Below, piece by piece: positions 1 to 9,295 of a stretch of 24,000 nt of DNA. Position 1 is the stretch's first letter, and each line of letters opens with the position of its first letter. A program made the position numbers and the translations under genes. The DNA comes from an uncultured archaeon (GTDB lineage Archaea; Asgardarchaeota; Lokiarchaeia; Helarchaeales; HEL-GB-A). The notes beneath the pieces are model-generated. The model saw only the letters and a list, made by a program, of their open reading frames with translations. It was not told where the DNA came from and did no database searches. The stretch is from assembly GCA_964353755.1 (NCBI GenBank), contig CAYGYC010000015.1:1-24000 (forward strand), in the 5' to 3' direction.

Positions 1-21
1 ATTATAATAAGAACCTCTATT

Positions 22-447
22 TTGAGTGAGTTGGATATGTCAGTACGGAAAAAATACACTTATCGCGGCTATTCACTGGAAGATTTGCAAAATTTGCCGA
101 TGGATGATTTTATCAAGCTACTTCCGTCACGGAAACGGCGGAGTATGCTCCGCGGTCTTCCCCATCGACAAAAAAAGTTATTGGAAAGTTTACGGCGCGC
201 CCGACGCGCCTTGAAAAAAGGGAAGAAAGTGGTCGTTCGTACTCATGCGCGGGATTTTGTAATTACTCCAGAGCTAGTCGGCCTAACTATCGGCGTGCAT
301 AATGGGAAAGAATTTCTCGAGATAGAGGTAACTCCTGAACATATTGGACATTATTTAGGAGAATTTTCCCCCACGAATAAGCGAGTATCACATGGAAATC
401 CAGGCATTGGGGCCACTCGCGGTTCGCAATTCATTCCGTTAAAATAG
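22..447 (+). CDS. rps19: 30S ribosomal protein uS19
   Basis: 141-aa ORF ending GHYLGEFSPTNKRVSHGNPGIGATRGSQFIPLK, the uS19 C-terminal signature. First member of the conserved S19-L22-S3 order. The true start may be ATG at 37 rather than TTG at 22. Confidence 0.9.
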   Translation: MSELDMSVRKKYTYRGYSLEDLQNLPMDDFIKLLPSRKRRSMLRGLPHRQKKLLESLRRARRALKKGKKVVVRTHARDFVITPELVGLTIGVHNGKEFLEIEVTPEHIGHYLGEFSPTNKRVSHGNPGIGATRGSQFIPLK

Positions 448-462
448 GAGGATAAATGAAGA

Positions 463-933
463 ATGTGTCCTAATTTCGGCTATTCCATTACGGGATTGGA
501 TCCTGATAAGACAGCAATTGCCAGTGGGCGTGATATTCGCTGTTCACCCAAGGCTGCGCGAGAAGTGTGTCATACAATTAAAGGGATGATTATCGAAAAA
601 GCGAAGGTATTTCTAGATGGAGTTATTTTACACAAAAATGTAGTTCCCTTTAAACGATTCAATAAAAAGATAGCCCATCATAAGGGATTAGATCGATTTC
701 ACTGGGATTCGGGGCGATATCCCGTAAAAGCAGCCAAGGCAATCTTAGGTGTTATTAAGAATGCGGAGAATAACGCGGAATATAAGGGATTAGACTTAGA
801 TCGGGTGCGAATTGTTCATGCCGCTATCCAACAAGGAAGGAAATTAAAAAAGTATATTTCCCGGGCTTTTGGTCGATCCACCCCATATTATAAACCATTA
901 TCTCATATTGAAATTGTATTAGAGGAAGAATAA
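463..933 (+). CDS. rpl22: 50S ribosomal protein uL22
   Basis: 156-aa ORF with the archaeal L22 N-terminus GYSITGLDPDKTAIASGRDIRCSPKAAREVCHTIKGM. Sits in the conserved position after S19. Confidence 0.9.
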   Translation: MCPNFGYSITGLDPDKTAIASGRDIRCSPKAAREVCHTIKGMIIEKAKVFLDGVILHKNVVPFKRFNKKIAHHKGLDRFHWDSGRYPVKAAKAILGVIKNAENNAEYKGLDLDRVRIVHAAIQQGRKLKKYISRAFGRSTPYYKPLSHIEIVLEEE

Positions 934-958
934 TTAATAATGATGTAGAGGAACTCGT

Positions 959-1558
959 TTGCCAGCAATCGAACATTTTATTACGAAAAAGCTAAAAAAG
1001 AATCAAGTTGATGAGTTTTTTGCTAATGAATTGAAACGAGCAGGCTATGGCGGCGTGGATATCCTAAAAACGCCCTTAGGGACTCGGGTAATTATTTATG
1101 CAGCCCGTCCAGGTATAGTCATTGGACGCCATGGGAAAAATGTGCAGGATTTGACTACCGTTTTAGAAGAAACATATGGAGTTGAAAATCCTCAGATTGA
1201 AGTGTCAGAAATCGAAGTACCGGAACTGAACGCGCGGGTGATGGCCGAACGATTAGCGAGTCGCTTAGAGCGAGGAACTCATTATAGAAGATCGGCATAT
1301 TCCATAATTCGGAGAATTGCAGCGGCAGGTGCGAAAGGGGTGGAAATTCGAATTGCAGGAAAAATCAGCGGGCATCGAGCTCGGTACAAGAAATTTCGCG
1401 AAGGGTTTGTCGCAAAGTGTGGAGAACCCGCTTTTCTATACGTGGAGAAAGCGGTCTCCAAGGCAGTTTTGAAAAAAGGAGTGATCGGTGTTCAAGTTCG
1501 AATCATGCAGCCCACTGCTCTGCTCCCCAATGAAATAGAATTAAAAGTGCAATCATAA
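959..1558 (+). CDS. rps3: 30S ribosomal protein uS3
   Basis: 199-aa ORF with a KH-domain pattern (RPGIVIGRHGKNVQDL) and RLASRLERG. Lies between L22 and L29. TTG start per the ORF track. Confidence 0.9.
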   Translation: MPAIEHFITKKLKKNQVDEFFANELKRAGYGGVDILKTPLGTRVIIYAARPGIVIGRHGKNVQDLTTVLEETYGVENPQIEVSEIEVPELNARVMAERLASRLERGTHYRRSAYSIIRRIAAAGAKGVEIRIAGKISGHRARYKKFREGFVAKCGEPAFLYVEKAVSKAVLKKGVIGVQVRIMQPTALLPNEIELKVQS

Positions 1559-1581
1559 ATTGAATCAAGGAGAATGAAAGA

Positions 1582-1782
1582 ATGGCTCGCCTTAAAAACA
1601 AAGAAATTCGGGAAATGACTGAAGCGGAGCGCGAAAAACGGTTACAAGAACTCCGGACAGAATTAAGTAGCCAGCGTGCTATTCTATCGGCTGGTGGTGC
1701 CGTAGAAAATACGGGAATCGTCAAAATACTTCGCCGCTCAATCGCGCGCATTCTCACGATAATGCGGGAAGAAGTACGATGA
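1582..1782 (+). CDS. rpl29: 50S ribosomal protein uL29
   Basis: 66-aa helical protein (KNKEIREMTEAEREKRLQELRTEL) in the conserved position after S3. Confidence 0.85.
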   Translation: MARLKNKEIREMTEAEREKRLQELRTELSSQRAILSAGGAVENTGIVKILRRSIARILTIMREEVR

Positions 1783-2069
1783 TCATCACGCCAAAAACAC
1801 TTATTTACCATTGTCTTATTGGATTAAAGGTGAAAATTGTCCAAAGTTCTAACTCACAATATCTTAATTTGAGTGGAAAAATAGTTGATGAAACAAAAAA
1901 TACACTTATCATTAAGAATGAGGTAAAAGAAATGCGAATTCCGAAAAAGAATTCGGTTTTTCAATTTTATCTCTCAGAAAATTACGCAGTTGAAGTGAAG
2001 GGTGTCCTCCTGTTAGGTCGCCCGGAAGAAAGAATTAAAAAGAAAATAAGTTATAAATGGAATAATTAA
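1779..2069 (+). CDS. rnp1: RNase P protein component 1 (Rpp29/Pop4 family)
   Basis: 96-aa ORF whose start overlaps the L29 stop (ATGA). The pattern LIGLKVKIVQSSN..GKIVDETKNTLII..GRPEERIKK matches archaeal Rpp29. This is the archaea-specific slot between L29 and S17. Confidence 0.75.
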   Translation: MIITPKTLIYHCLIGLKVKIVQSSNSQYLNLSGKIVDETKNTLIIKNEVKEMRIPKKNSVFQFYLSENYAVEVKGVLLLGRPEERIKKKISYKWNN

Positions 2070-2083
2070 AGAGGTAATTTAAA

Positions 2084-2413
2084 ATGGTTAGAAATATTGG
2101 GCTTGAAGTAGAAGCTCCTCGAAAAGAATGTGAGGACCCAAATTGTCCCTTTCATGGATCGCTCCCAATCCATGGAAGAATTTTTAAGGGAACCATTGTA
2201 AAACGGAAAATGCATGATTCCTGTGTAGTTCGTCGAGATTATCTTCGTTATATCTCTAAATATAACAGGTATGAACGTAAACACAGTAATATTGCATGTC
2301 ATGTTCCACCCTGCATTGAAATTAATGTAGGAGATAATGTGAAACTCGCAGAATGCCGCCCCATAAGTAAAACCATTTCCTTTACGATCATCGAATTAAC
2401 TGAAACAGAATAA
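2084..2413 (+). CDS. rps17: 30S ribosomal protein uS17
   Basis: 109-aa ORF containing CEDPNCPFHGSLPIHGRIFKGTIV..YERKHSNIACHVPPC..GDNVKLAECRPISKT, typical of archaeal S17. Confidence 0.9.
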   Translation: MVRNIGLEVEAPRKECEDPNCPFHGSLPIHGRIFKGTIVKRKMHDSCVVRRDYLRYISKYNRYERKHSNIACHVPPCIEINVGDNVKLAECRPISKTISFTIIELTETE

Positions 2414-2417
2414 AGAA

Positions 2418-2424
2418 TTTTTTT
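2418..2424 (+). terminator. oligo-T tract after rps17 (candidate archaeal terminator)
   Basis: T7 run 5 nt after the S17 stop. Archaeal RNA polymerase terminates at oligo-T tracts. It is followed by a strong TATA-like element (TAAAATATATATAG, 2454-2467). Confidence 0.35.
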
Positions 2425-2524
2425 ATCTAATTCTCCCCTTTAATTGAATCGAGTAAAATATATATAGAGAGAGGCGGTTAAACTGGCTCAGAAGAAAACA
2501 GTTTTTGAACGATTAGAAGATACA

Positions 2525-3277
2525 ATGGGTGAATTGCAAAAAAATCTTGAAACTAAATTAACAAATATCCAAGCGGCGATTACCACTCTCAAAGAGGAAA
2601 TACCTCGATCCATTGGACAAAATCTAATGTCCTTTTCGGATATGATCGGTGCTAAAATTGAGGATATGGAGGAATCTATTAAGAGGATTACCATTTCTTC
2701 TGGAGGAACTGCGGATCCTACTATTGGAACCGTAAAACAAGATTTAGGTGATATAAAAACAAGTATTAAAAATCTTCAAACGGCTATTCAAAGTATTAAA
2801 ATTGAGGCAGCTGCTACATCACCTCATATTACACTCGCTTCACCTATTTCAGCCCCAACTATACCAAAATCGTCTTCATTACCATCGCCGCCCCCAACCG
2901 CCCCTACTACTCCGCACCTCACTCCAATTCCAGTAAGTCCTTCTCAACCCGCTCCAGCTCCTGCACGCGTAAGTAGTGTCAAAACAACTCCTTCATCTTC
3001 TGCCCCAGCAGAAGGACCCGGATCAGATGTTACCAATTTATTAGATACGATTAAGCAAAAAGCAAAAAGTGGTCTCAGTGCCATTGCTTTGGCAAATGAA
3101 ATGGAACAGATACGCGACACCATAGTTAAGGTATATCGCTGGCACCCGGCTTTATATGAATTAGCAACCTTTGCCCGCCGATTGAAAAAATTCCCGGAAG
3201 GAGCCCCACCGGACGCCGAACTTTTTAACTTATTATTAGAGAAAGTTGAGGAATGGAAAAATCGAGTGAGCGGTTAA
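2525..3277 (+). CDS. hypothetical protein: N-terminal coiled-coil, Pro/Ser/Thr-rich linker, C-terminal helical domain
   Basis: 250-aa ORF with no competing ORF. The N-terminus is heptad-like (LETKLTNIQAAITTLKEEI..IKNLQTAIQSIKIE). A low-complexity linker follows (SLPSPPPTAPTTPHLTPIPVSPSQPAPAPA). The C-terminal segment is WHPALYELATFARRLKKFPEG. I recognise no family. Confidence 0.6.
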   Translation: MGELQKNLETKLTNIQAAITTLKEEIPRSIGQNLMSFSDMIGAKIEDMEESIKRITISSGGTADPTIGTVKQDLGDIKTSIKNLQTAIQSIKIEAAATSPHITLASPISAPTIPKSSSLPSPPPTAPTTPHLTPIPVSPSQPAPAPARVSSVKTTPSSSAPAEGPGSDVTNLLDTIKQKAKSGLSAIALANEMEQIRDTIVKVYRWHPALYELATFARRLKKFPEGAPPDAELFNLLLEKVEEWKNRVSG

Positions 3278-3540
3278 AAAAAATTTCCCTTTTTCAACCT
3301 TTTTAAAATTTAGGTGAAAATTGAGAAACAATTAAAAACTACAATTAATTATTTGAATAGAAAGTATTCATCTTAAAATCATAGGTTCTGGTAATTATAG
3401 ACCACAGAACGATTTCTGTACCAAGAACTTATTCACCTCTCCAAAAGATTAGGAAATTATGAAAGATTTATTCATCTTGAATAAAGTAATGATGAATAAA
3501 TAAAAGGTAGTTATGTGTAAATAAAAGATGGCGATGAATA

Positions 3541-3966
3541 ATGGGTAAAAGGCGAGTTAAAAAGAAAGGTGCACATTTATTACCGCGGCTTTCAAAAGGG
3601 ATTCCCACCAATTGCAGATTGCTCTGCGCTGATAATTCAGGTGGCAAACTCTTGAAAGTTATCGCTCTAATTGGATATAAAGGGCGATTGACCCGCTTAC
3701 CAGCGGCAAGTGTCGGATCAATGATCGTCGCGTCCGTCATAAAGGGCACCCCCGAAATGCGACGCCAGATAGTACGAGCTGTAGTAATTCGCCAACGGAA
3801 GCCTTATCATCGCATTGATGGGAGATGGATTCAATTTGAAGATAATGCTGCTGTAATCACCTCGCCTGTGGGTGAGCCAAAAGGATCAGAAATTAGAGGT
3901 GCTATAGCAAAAGAAGCTGCTGAACGATGGCCTCGTTTAGCAAGTGTAGCAAGTATAGTTGTTTAA
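3541..3966 (+). CDS. rpl14: 50S ribosomal protein uL14
   Basis: 141-aa ORF containing LLCADNSGGKLLKVI..ASVGSMIVASVIKGTPEMRRQIVRAVVIRQRKPY..FEDNAAVI, a clear uL14 match. Confidence 0.92.
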   Translation: MGKRRVKKKGAHLLPRLSKGIPTNCRLLCADNSGGKLLKVIALIGYKGRLTRLPAASVGSMIVASVIKGTPEMRRQIVRAVVIRQRKPYHRIDGRWIQFEDNAAVITSPVGEPKGSEIRGAIAKEAAERWPRLASVASIVV

Positions 3967-3988
3967 TTTACGGAATTTGGGAAGAAAA

Positions 3989-4387
3989 ATGCAAGTAGAA
4001 AAGAAAAATAAAACAAAATCTCGAAGAAAGCAACGAAAACAGTTCTACAATCAGCCCCATCACAAGAGAAGCAAATTAATGACTGCCAAACTTCATAATG
4101 ATATCCAATCGGAGCATCAGATAAAGAGACTCCCGATATGTAAGGGAGATACTGTGCTCGTTGTACGGGGCGAATTTAGAGATATGGAAGGCAAAGTTTC
4201 TAAGATTGACCGACACAATGCGCAAATTTTTATGGAGGGCGCTTCAATTGAAAAAAGTAGTGGAACGACTTACGATATTCCGATCTATCCTTCAAATGTG
4301 GTGCTTACAAAGATTGAAGCGAAAAAAGATAAATGGCGGAAAAAAATAATAGAGAGAAAAACAGGAGTAGAGGCAGAAGAGGAATGA
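3989..4387 (+). CDS. rpl24: 50S ribosomal protein uL24
   Basis: KOW motif ICKGDTVLVVRGEFRDMEGKVSKI. I chose ATG at 3989 as the start. The ORF track begins at 3959, which would overlap the L14 end. Confidence 0.85.
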   Translation: MQVEKKNKTKSRRKQRKQFYNQPHHKRSKLMTAKLHNDIQSEHQIKRLPICKGDTVLVVRGEFRDMEGKVSKIDRHNAQIFMEGASIEKSSGTTYDIPIYPSNVVLTKIEAKKDKWRKKIIERKTGVEAEEE

Positions 4388-5130
4388 CACGCAAAGGTGA
4401 AAAGAAGCAGTTAAAAAGGACAGAAGCTCCAATCTTTTGGGATATTAACCGGAAAGCAAATACCTTTACCGTTAAACCTTCTCCTGGGCCCCATGCAATC
4501 AGTAATTGCATCCCGATTCTGACAATTATGCGCGATCTGCTCCATCTTGCAGATACCGCGGGGGAAGCTAAAAAAATCATTTCTGCAGGTAATATTAAAG
4601 TCGATGGGGTAATTAGAAAAAATTACCAACATCCGGTTGGATTAATGGATGTCTTCGAAATTCCAAAAATTAATCTTACTTATAGGGTTATACCCGCCGC
4701 ACGCAAAGGATTGATTCTCCATCCGATTGAGGAAAGTGAGACCCAATTTAAACTCTGTCGAATAGAGAATAAAGTAGTTTTGAAAGGAGGACATATTCAA
4801 TTAAATCTTCATGATGGAAGAAATATTCTGGTACGGGTACGTGATCCAACTAATTCTGATGAAGATAGTTATAACACAAAAGATGTTTTAAAAATTGGAT
4901 TACCGAAACAAGACGTATTGGAACATATCAAATTTGATGAGAATATAATTTCTCTTGTAATTGCAGGGCGGAATGTTGGTCTGACTGGAAAGATTATCAA
5001 AATCAATAAATTGTTTGGTCCCCATGCATCCACTGTTACTTTAGAAAGTGATGGTAAAACCTTCGAAACTGCATTGGAATACGCGTTCCCGATTGGTTTA
5101 GATAATTCGATAATTTCATTGCCCCATTAA
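4384..5130 (+). CDS. rps4e: 30S ribosomal protein eS4
   Basis: The sequence MTRKGEKKQLKRTEAPIFWDINRKANTFTVKPSPGPH is the eS4 N-terminus. ATG at 4384 overlaps the L24 stop (ATGA). The track ORF starts further upstream at 4333. Confidence 0.9.
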   Translation: MTRKGEKKQLKRTEAPIFWDINRKANTFTVKPSPGPHAISNCIPILTIMRDLLHLADTAGEAKKIISAGNIKVDGVIRKNYQHPVGLMDVFEIPKINLTYRVIPAARKGLILHPIEESETQFKLCRIENKVVLKGGHIQLNLHDGRNILVRVRDPTNSDEDSYNTKDVLKIGLPKQDVLEHIKFDENIISLVIAGRNVGLTGKIIKINKLFGPHASTVTLESDGKTFETALEYAFPIGLDNSIISLPH

Positions 5131-5741
5131 TGGAGAGGATCACTATGGATGATGAAGTAGTAAGTTATTTTACTGAGGAAGATAAGGCAAAGGTTCTGGA
5201 AGAATGGAAAACCCAGCCGATGCGCCAGCCTAAAATTGCGAAAGTTTCTGTACATATGGGTGTGGGAGCCAGTGGAGATAAACTCGAAAAAGCAGTGAAC
5301 GTCTTAGAGGGCTTAACTAAACAAAAACCTGTAAGACTGTTGGCCAAAAAAACAATCCGTGATTTTGGGATCAAGAAACGAGAACCCATTACGGTAAAAG
5401 TCACCTTACGCGGAACTAAAGCGATAGAATTTCTGAAACGGGCGCTAACAGTTGTTGACAATAAAATCAAATATTCTAGCCTAGATCAATATGGAAATTT
5501 TGCTTTTGGGATAAAAGAACATATTGAAATGCCTGAAACGGCGTATGACCCAACGTTGGGTATATTTGGTCTGGATGTTTGTGTGAATATGGAACTCCCC
5601 GGTCATTCCATTTCAAGAAGGCGAAAATATAAGCATAAAATTCCGCAAACTCAAAGGTTAAAGAAACTTGATGCTATGGTTTTTCTAAAGACCCAATTAG
5701 GTGTAGATATTGTGAAAGAGTATGTAGTATCCTATTATTAA
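5130..5741 (+). CDS. rpl5: 50S ribosomal protein uL5
   Basis: 203-aa ORF containing PKIAKVSVHMGVG..REPITVKVTLRG..FGIKEHIE..GIFGLDVCV. An alternative start is ATG at 5145. Confidence 0.9.
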   Translation: MERITMDDEVVSYFTEEDKAKVLEEWKTQPMRQPKIAKVSVHMGVGASGDKLEKAVNVLEGLTKQKPVRLLAKKTIRDFGIKKREPITVKVTLRGTKAIEFLKRALTVVDNKIKYSSLDQYGNFAFGIKEHIEMPETAYDPTLGIFGLDVCVNMELPGHSISRRRKYKHKIPQTQRLKKLDAMVFLKTQLGVDIVKEYVVSYY

Positions 5742-5863
5742 TTAAAAATCATAAAATAAGTAAAATAAAACCGAAAAAGTTAATTAAATTCAAGAAAAAA
5801 AGAAAAATAAAAAAATGGTTTCGAATTTAAAACCGAAGAAATCTTCTGAAAACATTAAAATGG

Positions 5864-6019
5864 ATGAAAAAAATGGTTAGAGCAAAATTTGGAAAAGGTA
5901 GTCGCACATGCACTCGATGTGGTACACATCGCGCGATTATCCGGAGATATGGTCTTATGGTTTGCCGTCGATGTTTCCGAGAGATTGCCGTAAAATTAGG
6001 ATTTAAAAAATATTCATAA
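5864..6019 (+). CDS. rps14: 30S ribosomal protein uS14 (zinc-binding type)
   Basis: Not in the ORF track because it is short. My own translation from the sequence: [51 protein letters not shown]. It has the CxxC..CxxC zinc-ribbon pattern and sits in the conserved slot between L5 and S8. Confidence 0.85.
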   Translation: MKKMVRAKFGKGSRTCTRCGTHRAIIRRYGLMVCRRCFREIAVKLGFKKYS

Positions 6020-6034
6020 AAAAAGGTTTTAGTT

Positions 6035-6427
6035 ATGGTTTTACTTGATCCACTTGCTGACTGTCTTTCAAATATGGTAAATCACGAACGAATTGGGAAG
6101 ACAGAGGTGATTGTCGAACCCGCCTCAAAATTAATTGCGGAAACTTTACGAATTATGCAAAAAGCCGGCTATATTGGTGAATTTGAATATATTGATGATG
6201 GGCGGGCCGGAAAATTTCGGATCCAATTAATAGGGCGTATTAACGCTACTGGGGTTATTAAACCGCGCTATCCTGTTCGCTATCGGAATTTTGAGAAATT
6301 TGAAAAGCGATTTCTCCCAGCTCGTGATTTTGGTTTATTAATTGTGAGTACAGCACAAGGAATGATGTCTCATAAAGAGGCTTTAAATCTGAATACTGGT
6401 GGTCGATTAATAGCTTATGTGTATTAG
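6035..6427 (+). CDS. rps8: 30S ribosomal protein uS8
   Basis: 130-aa ORF containing [46 protein letters not shown]. Confidence 0.9.
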   Translation: MVLLDPLADCLSNMVNHERIGKTEVIVEPASKLIAETLRIMQKAGYIGEFEYIDDGRAGKFRIQLIGRINATGVIKPRYPVRYRNFEKFEKRFLPARDFGLLIVSTAQGMMSHKEALNLNTGGRLIAYVY

Positions 6428-6438
6428 GTGATTTATAA

Positions 6439-7020
6439 ATGTCAGAATTTGGGCTCGTTCAAACTTCACTCGCAATTCCTACGGACCTGAAAGTGTCTAT
6501 TGAAAATAAAGTAGTCACCATTTCGGGATCCAATGGAACTTTAAAGCGCGATTTCAGTTTTGCACGCACTATTTCCCTAGAAAAGCGGGATAATGATATT
6601 ATTATTTCTACAATTCATCCTCGCAAAAAGGAAAAATCCCTATTAAACACTTTAAAGTCTCACATTGCGAATTTAATGAAAGGCGCGCAAAATAATTACA
6701 TTTATAAAATGAAAATAGTGTTTGCACATTTCCCTTTGAATGTCTCCATTTCAAAAGAGGGGGATAAAGTACTTATTGACAATTTTCTTGGAGAACGGAG
6801 CAAACGGGTAGCAAAAATTGAAGGTGAAAAAACAAAGGTTACTGTTGAGGGCGACGATGTCATCATTCAATCTCCTTATATTGAGGATGTTGGCCAAACT
6901 GCTGCTAATATCCGCCATGCCACTAGAATTAAACGGAAAGATCCTAGAGTCTTTCAAGATGGAATTTACGTATTTCAAAAGGCTTATGGAGACGAAGAGT
7001 TCTGGAAATTGAAAGTCTAA
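6439..7020 (+). CDS. rpl6: 50S ribosomal protein uL6
   Basis: 193-aa ORF containing VVTISGSNGTLKRDFS..FAHFPLNVSI..ATRIKRKDPRVFQDGIYV. Lies between S8 and L32e. Confidence 0.9.
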   Translation: MSEFGLVQTSLAIPTDLKVSIENKVVTISGSNGTLKRDFSFARTISLEKRDNDIIISTIHPRKKEKSLLNTLKSHIANLMKGAQNNYIYKMKIVFAHFPLNVSISKEGDKVLIDNFLGERSKRVAKIEGEKTKVTVEGDDVIIQSPYIEDVGQTAANIRHATRIKRKDPRVFQDGIYVFQKAYGDEEFWKLKV

Positions 7021-7040
7021 CTTGATTGGAAGTGAAAATA

Positions 7041-7577
7041 ATGGGTGATTTAACACGTTTATTACGGTTACGGGCAAAATTGAAGAGTCATGCCCCTAAA
7101 TTCATTCGTAATGAAAGTTGGCGGTTAAAAAGAGTAAAACCTTCTTGGCGCAGAGCAAGGGGTCTAGATAATAAGGTCCGAAAGAAAATACGAGGGAGAA
7201 TTGCCAGCCCTAATGTTGGTTATCGGGCTCCTAGACAGGTGCGTTATTTACATGCCTCCGGCTTTCAAGAAGTGGTTGTGCATAACTTGACTGAACTGGA
7301 AAAAGTTAATCCGCGCAAACAAATTATTAAAATTGCTCATGCCATTGGGCGGAAAAAGAGAGTTTCCCTTCAAGATCGTGCAGATGAATTAAACATCCTT
7401 ATTCTTAATCGCACTCGGATTTTACTTCCAGGTGAGGAACTGCTCCTGGAAGAAGGCCGTGGGTTTGAGAGAGAAGAAGGTGCTGCCAAAGAAGAGGATG
7501 AAGAAGAAATGAGTGAGAAAGAAGAATCTTCGGAGGATCTGGATTCATCTGAAACAGATAAAGAATCTGAAGAATAA
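7041..7577 (+). CDS. rpl32e: 50S ribosomal protein eL32 with acidic C-terminal extension
   Basis: Contains PKFIRNESWRLKRVKPSWRRARGLDNKVRKKIRG..VGYRAPRQVRYLHASGF. ATG at 7041 is preferred over TTG at 7026. The last ~50 aa are E/D/S-rich. Confidence 0.85.
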   Translation: MGDLTRLLRLRAKLKSHAPKFIRNESWRLKRVKPSWRRARGLDNKVRKKIRGRIASPNVGYRAPRQVRYLHASGFQEVVVHNLTELEKVNPRKQIIKIAHAIGRKKRVSLQDRADELNILILNRTRILLPGEELLLEEGRGFEREEGAAKEEDEEEMSEKEESSEDLDSSETDKESEE

Positions 7578-7596
7578 GTTAACTGAGAGGATATAA

Positions 7597-8046
7597 ATGA
7601 ATTTACGAGCGCAAAGGCGAATTGCAGCAGAAATTCTTAAAGTCGGGCAAAATTGTGTCAAAATCGATCCTGAACGAGAGGATGATATTTCAATGGCTAT
7701 TACACGTGCAGATATAAAAACCCTTATTCATGAAAAAGCCATAACCGCGCGATATGATCACGGTGTTAGTCGCGCTCGTGCACGGCTTATTCATGAAAAA
7801 AAGAAAAGGGGCAAGAGAAAAGGTCCCGGCTCACGGAAAGGTCCAGCAACAACGCATCATCCGAAGAAAGCAGGATGGATTAACCGAATTCGACCACAAC
7901 GAAGGTTCCTACGACGATTACGCGCTAGACGAGTTATTATTCCGACTAATTACCGAAAACTCTATAGATGGGCTAGTGGTGGCATGTTCCGGACGGTTGC
8001 GCATCTCGACTTTTTTATAAAAGATAAAAAATTAACTAGGCGGTAA
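7597..8046 (+). CDS. rpl19e: 50S ribosomal protein eL19
   Basis: 149-aa ORF containing NLRAQRRIAAEILKVGQNCVKIDPE..KGPGSRKG..WINRIRPQRRFLRRLR. Confidence 0.9.
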   Translation: MNLRAQRRIAAEILKVGQNCVKIDPEREDDISMAITRADIKTLIHEKAITARYDHGVSRARARLIHEKKKRGKRKGPGSRKGPATTHHPKKAGWINRIRPQRRFLRRLRARRVIIPTNYRKLYRWASGGMFRTVAHLDFFIKDKKLTRR

Positions 8047-8050
8047 AAAA

Positions 8051-8644
8051 ATGGCTCGCGGTCCTCGTTATCATGTGTTATTTCGGAGAAGACGCAATGG
8101 AAGAACCAATTATTACAAGCGAAGGCGTCTTATCGTTTCAAATCGTTTGCGGATATGTGTGCGAACTTCTAATAAACACATCAGAATTCAAATGATTAAA
8201 GCTGAACTTATTGGTGATAAAATTCTCAGTTCCACCTATTCTTCGGAACTCACCAGAAACTTCAAGTGGCGCGGTGGAAGTCGGAATTTATCCGCAGCTT
8301 ATCTTACAGGTTTTCTTGCTGGAAAAAAGGCCCTGCAAAACGATATTTCAGAAGGCGTTTTGGATATTGGGGTTTCTAAGGCAGTTCATGGAAATCGCCT
8401 TTTCGCGGTGTTGAAAGGCCTCGTAGACGCGGGTTTAGAAATTTCTCATGACGAATCAGTATTCCCCCCAGAGGAACGTATTCGGGGGGAACATGTAGCC
8501 AATTATGCTAATTATCTTGAAGAGCAGGGAACCCGTAAACCGCCCCAACAATTCAATCTGTATAAAAAACGAGGGCTCAAACCACAGGAGTTACCAGCTC
8601 ACTTTGAAGAAGTAAAAGCAGTCATTATACAAAAATTTGAATAA
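8051..8644 (+). CDS. rpl18: 50S ribosomal protein uL18
   Basis: 197-aa ORF containing PRYHVLFRRRRNGRTNYYKRRRLI..AAYLTGFLAGKKAL, typical of archaeal L18/L5e. Confidence 0.9.
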   Translation: MARGPRYHVLFRRRRNGRTNYYKRRRLIVSNRLRICVRTSNKHIRIQMIKAELIGDKILSSTYSSELTRNFKWRGGSRNLSAAYLTGFLAGKKALQNDISEGVLDIGVSKAVHGNRLFAVLKGLVDAGLEISHDESVFPPEERIRGEHVANYANYLEEQGTRKPPQQFNLYKKRGLKPQELPAHFEEVKAVIIQKFE

Positions 8645-8647
8645 AAA

Positions 8648-9295
8648 GTGATAGATATGACATATGAAAAATCACTGGATGATTGGGTCCCTAGAACAAG
8701 AATCGGAAAGATGGTGAAAGAGGGATATATAACTTCCATCGAAGAAATATTCCAATCATGCTTAACCATTAGAGAACCGGAGATTGTAGATTTACTGCTG
8801 CCTAATTTACAGGAAGAAGTTCTCGCCATTAACCTCGTGCAAAAACAAACTGATGCCGGAGAAAAATCGAGGTTTCGAGCGACCGTTGCTATCGGTAATA
8901 AGGATGGGTATATTGGACTAGGAGAAGGAAAATCTGCGGAGATTGGCCCTGCCATTCGGGTGGCAATTATTCACGCAAAACTAGCAATAATCCCCGTACG
9001 ACGCGGCTGCGGATCATGGGAGTGCACGTGTCATGAACCCCATTCATTACCTTATACCGTAAAAGGAAAAGCTGGTAGCATCCGGATTTCTTTAAAACCG
9101 GCTCCTCGAGGTGCCGGGTTAGTTTCTGCAAAAACGCCGCGGGTTGTCCTAGATCTTGCGGGCATTAAAGATGTCTGGTCCGTGGCAAAGGGGCATACCC
9201 GCTCTACGACTAATTTCGCTAAAGCAACCTATGACGCCTTACGTAATACTTATAAAATGATTTCTCCCCACTTTGATTGGGAACGTACCTCTTAA
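8648..9295 (+). CDS. rps5: 30S ribosomal protein uS5
   Basis: 215-aa ORF containing WVPRTRIGKMVKEG..FRATVAIGNKDGYIGLGEGKS..GAGLVSA..GIKDVW. Start is GTG at 8648 or ATG at 8657. Confidence 0.9.
   Translation: MIDMTYEKSLDDWVPRTRIGKMVKEGYITSIEEIFQSCLTIREPEIVDLLLPNLQEEVLAINLVQKQTDAGEKSRFRATVAIGNKDGYIGLGEGKSAEIGPAIRVAIIHAKLAIIPVRRGCGSWECTCHEPHSLPYTVKGKAGSIRISLKPAPRGAGLVSAKTPRVVLDLAGIKDVWSVAKGHTRSTTNFAKATYDALRNTYKMISPHFDWERTS

Noticed and set aside
1503-1811. Antisense or overlapping ORFs inside ribosomal-protein and housekeeping genes. Examples are 1503..1811, 2066..2302, 2488..2694, 3468..3749, 4305..4580, 5165..5470, 6751..7077, 8599..8955, 10164..10400, 11716..11931, 12264..12825, 14402..14729, 15072..15594, 21487..21722 and 22408..22920.
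   Set aside because: Each lies within or opposite a strongly recognisable conserved gene. Their sequences are low-complexity or unrecognisable. They are ordinary shadow ORFs.
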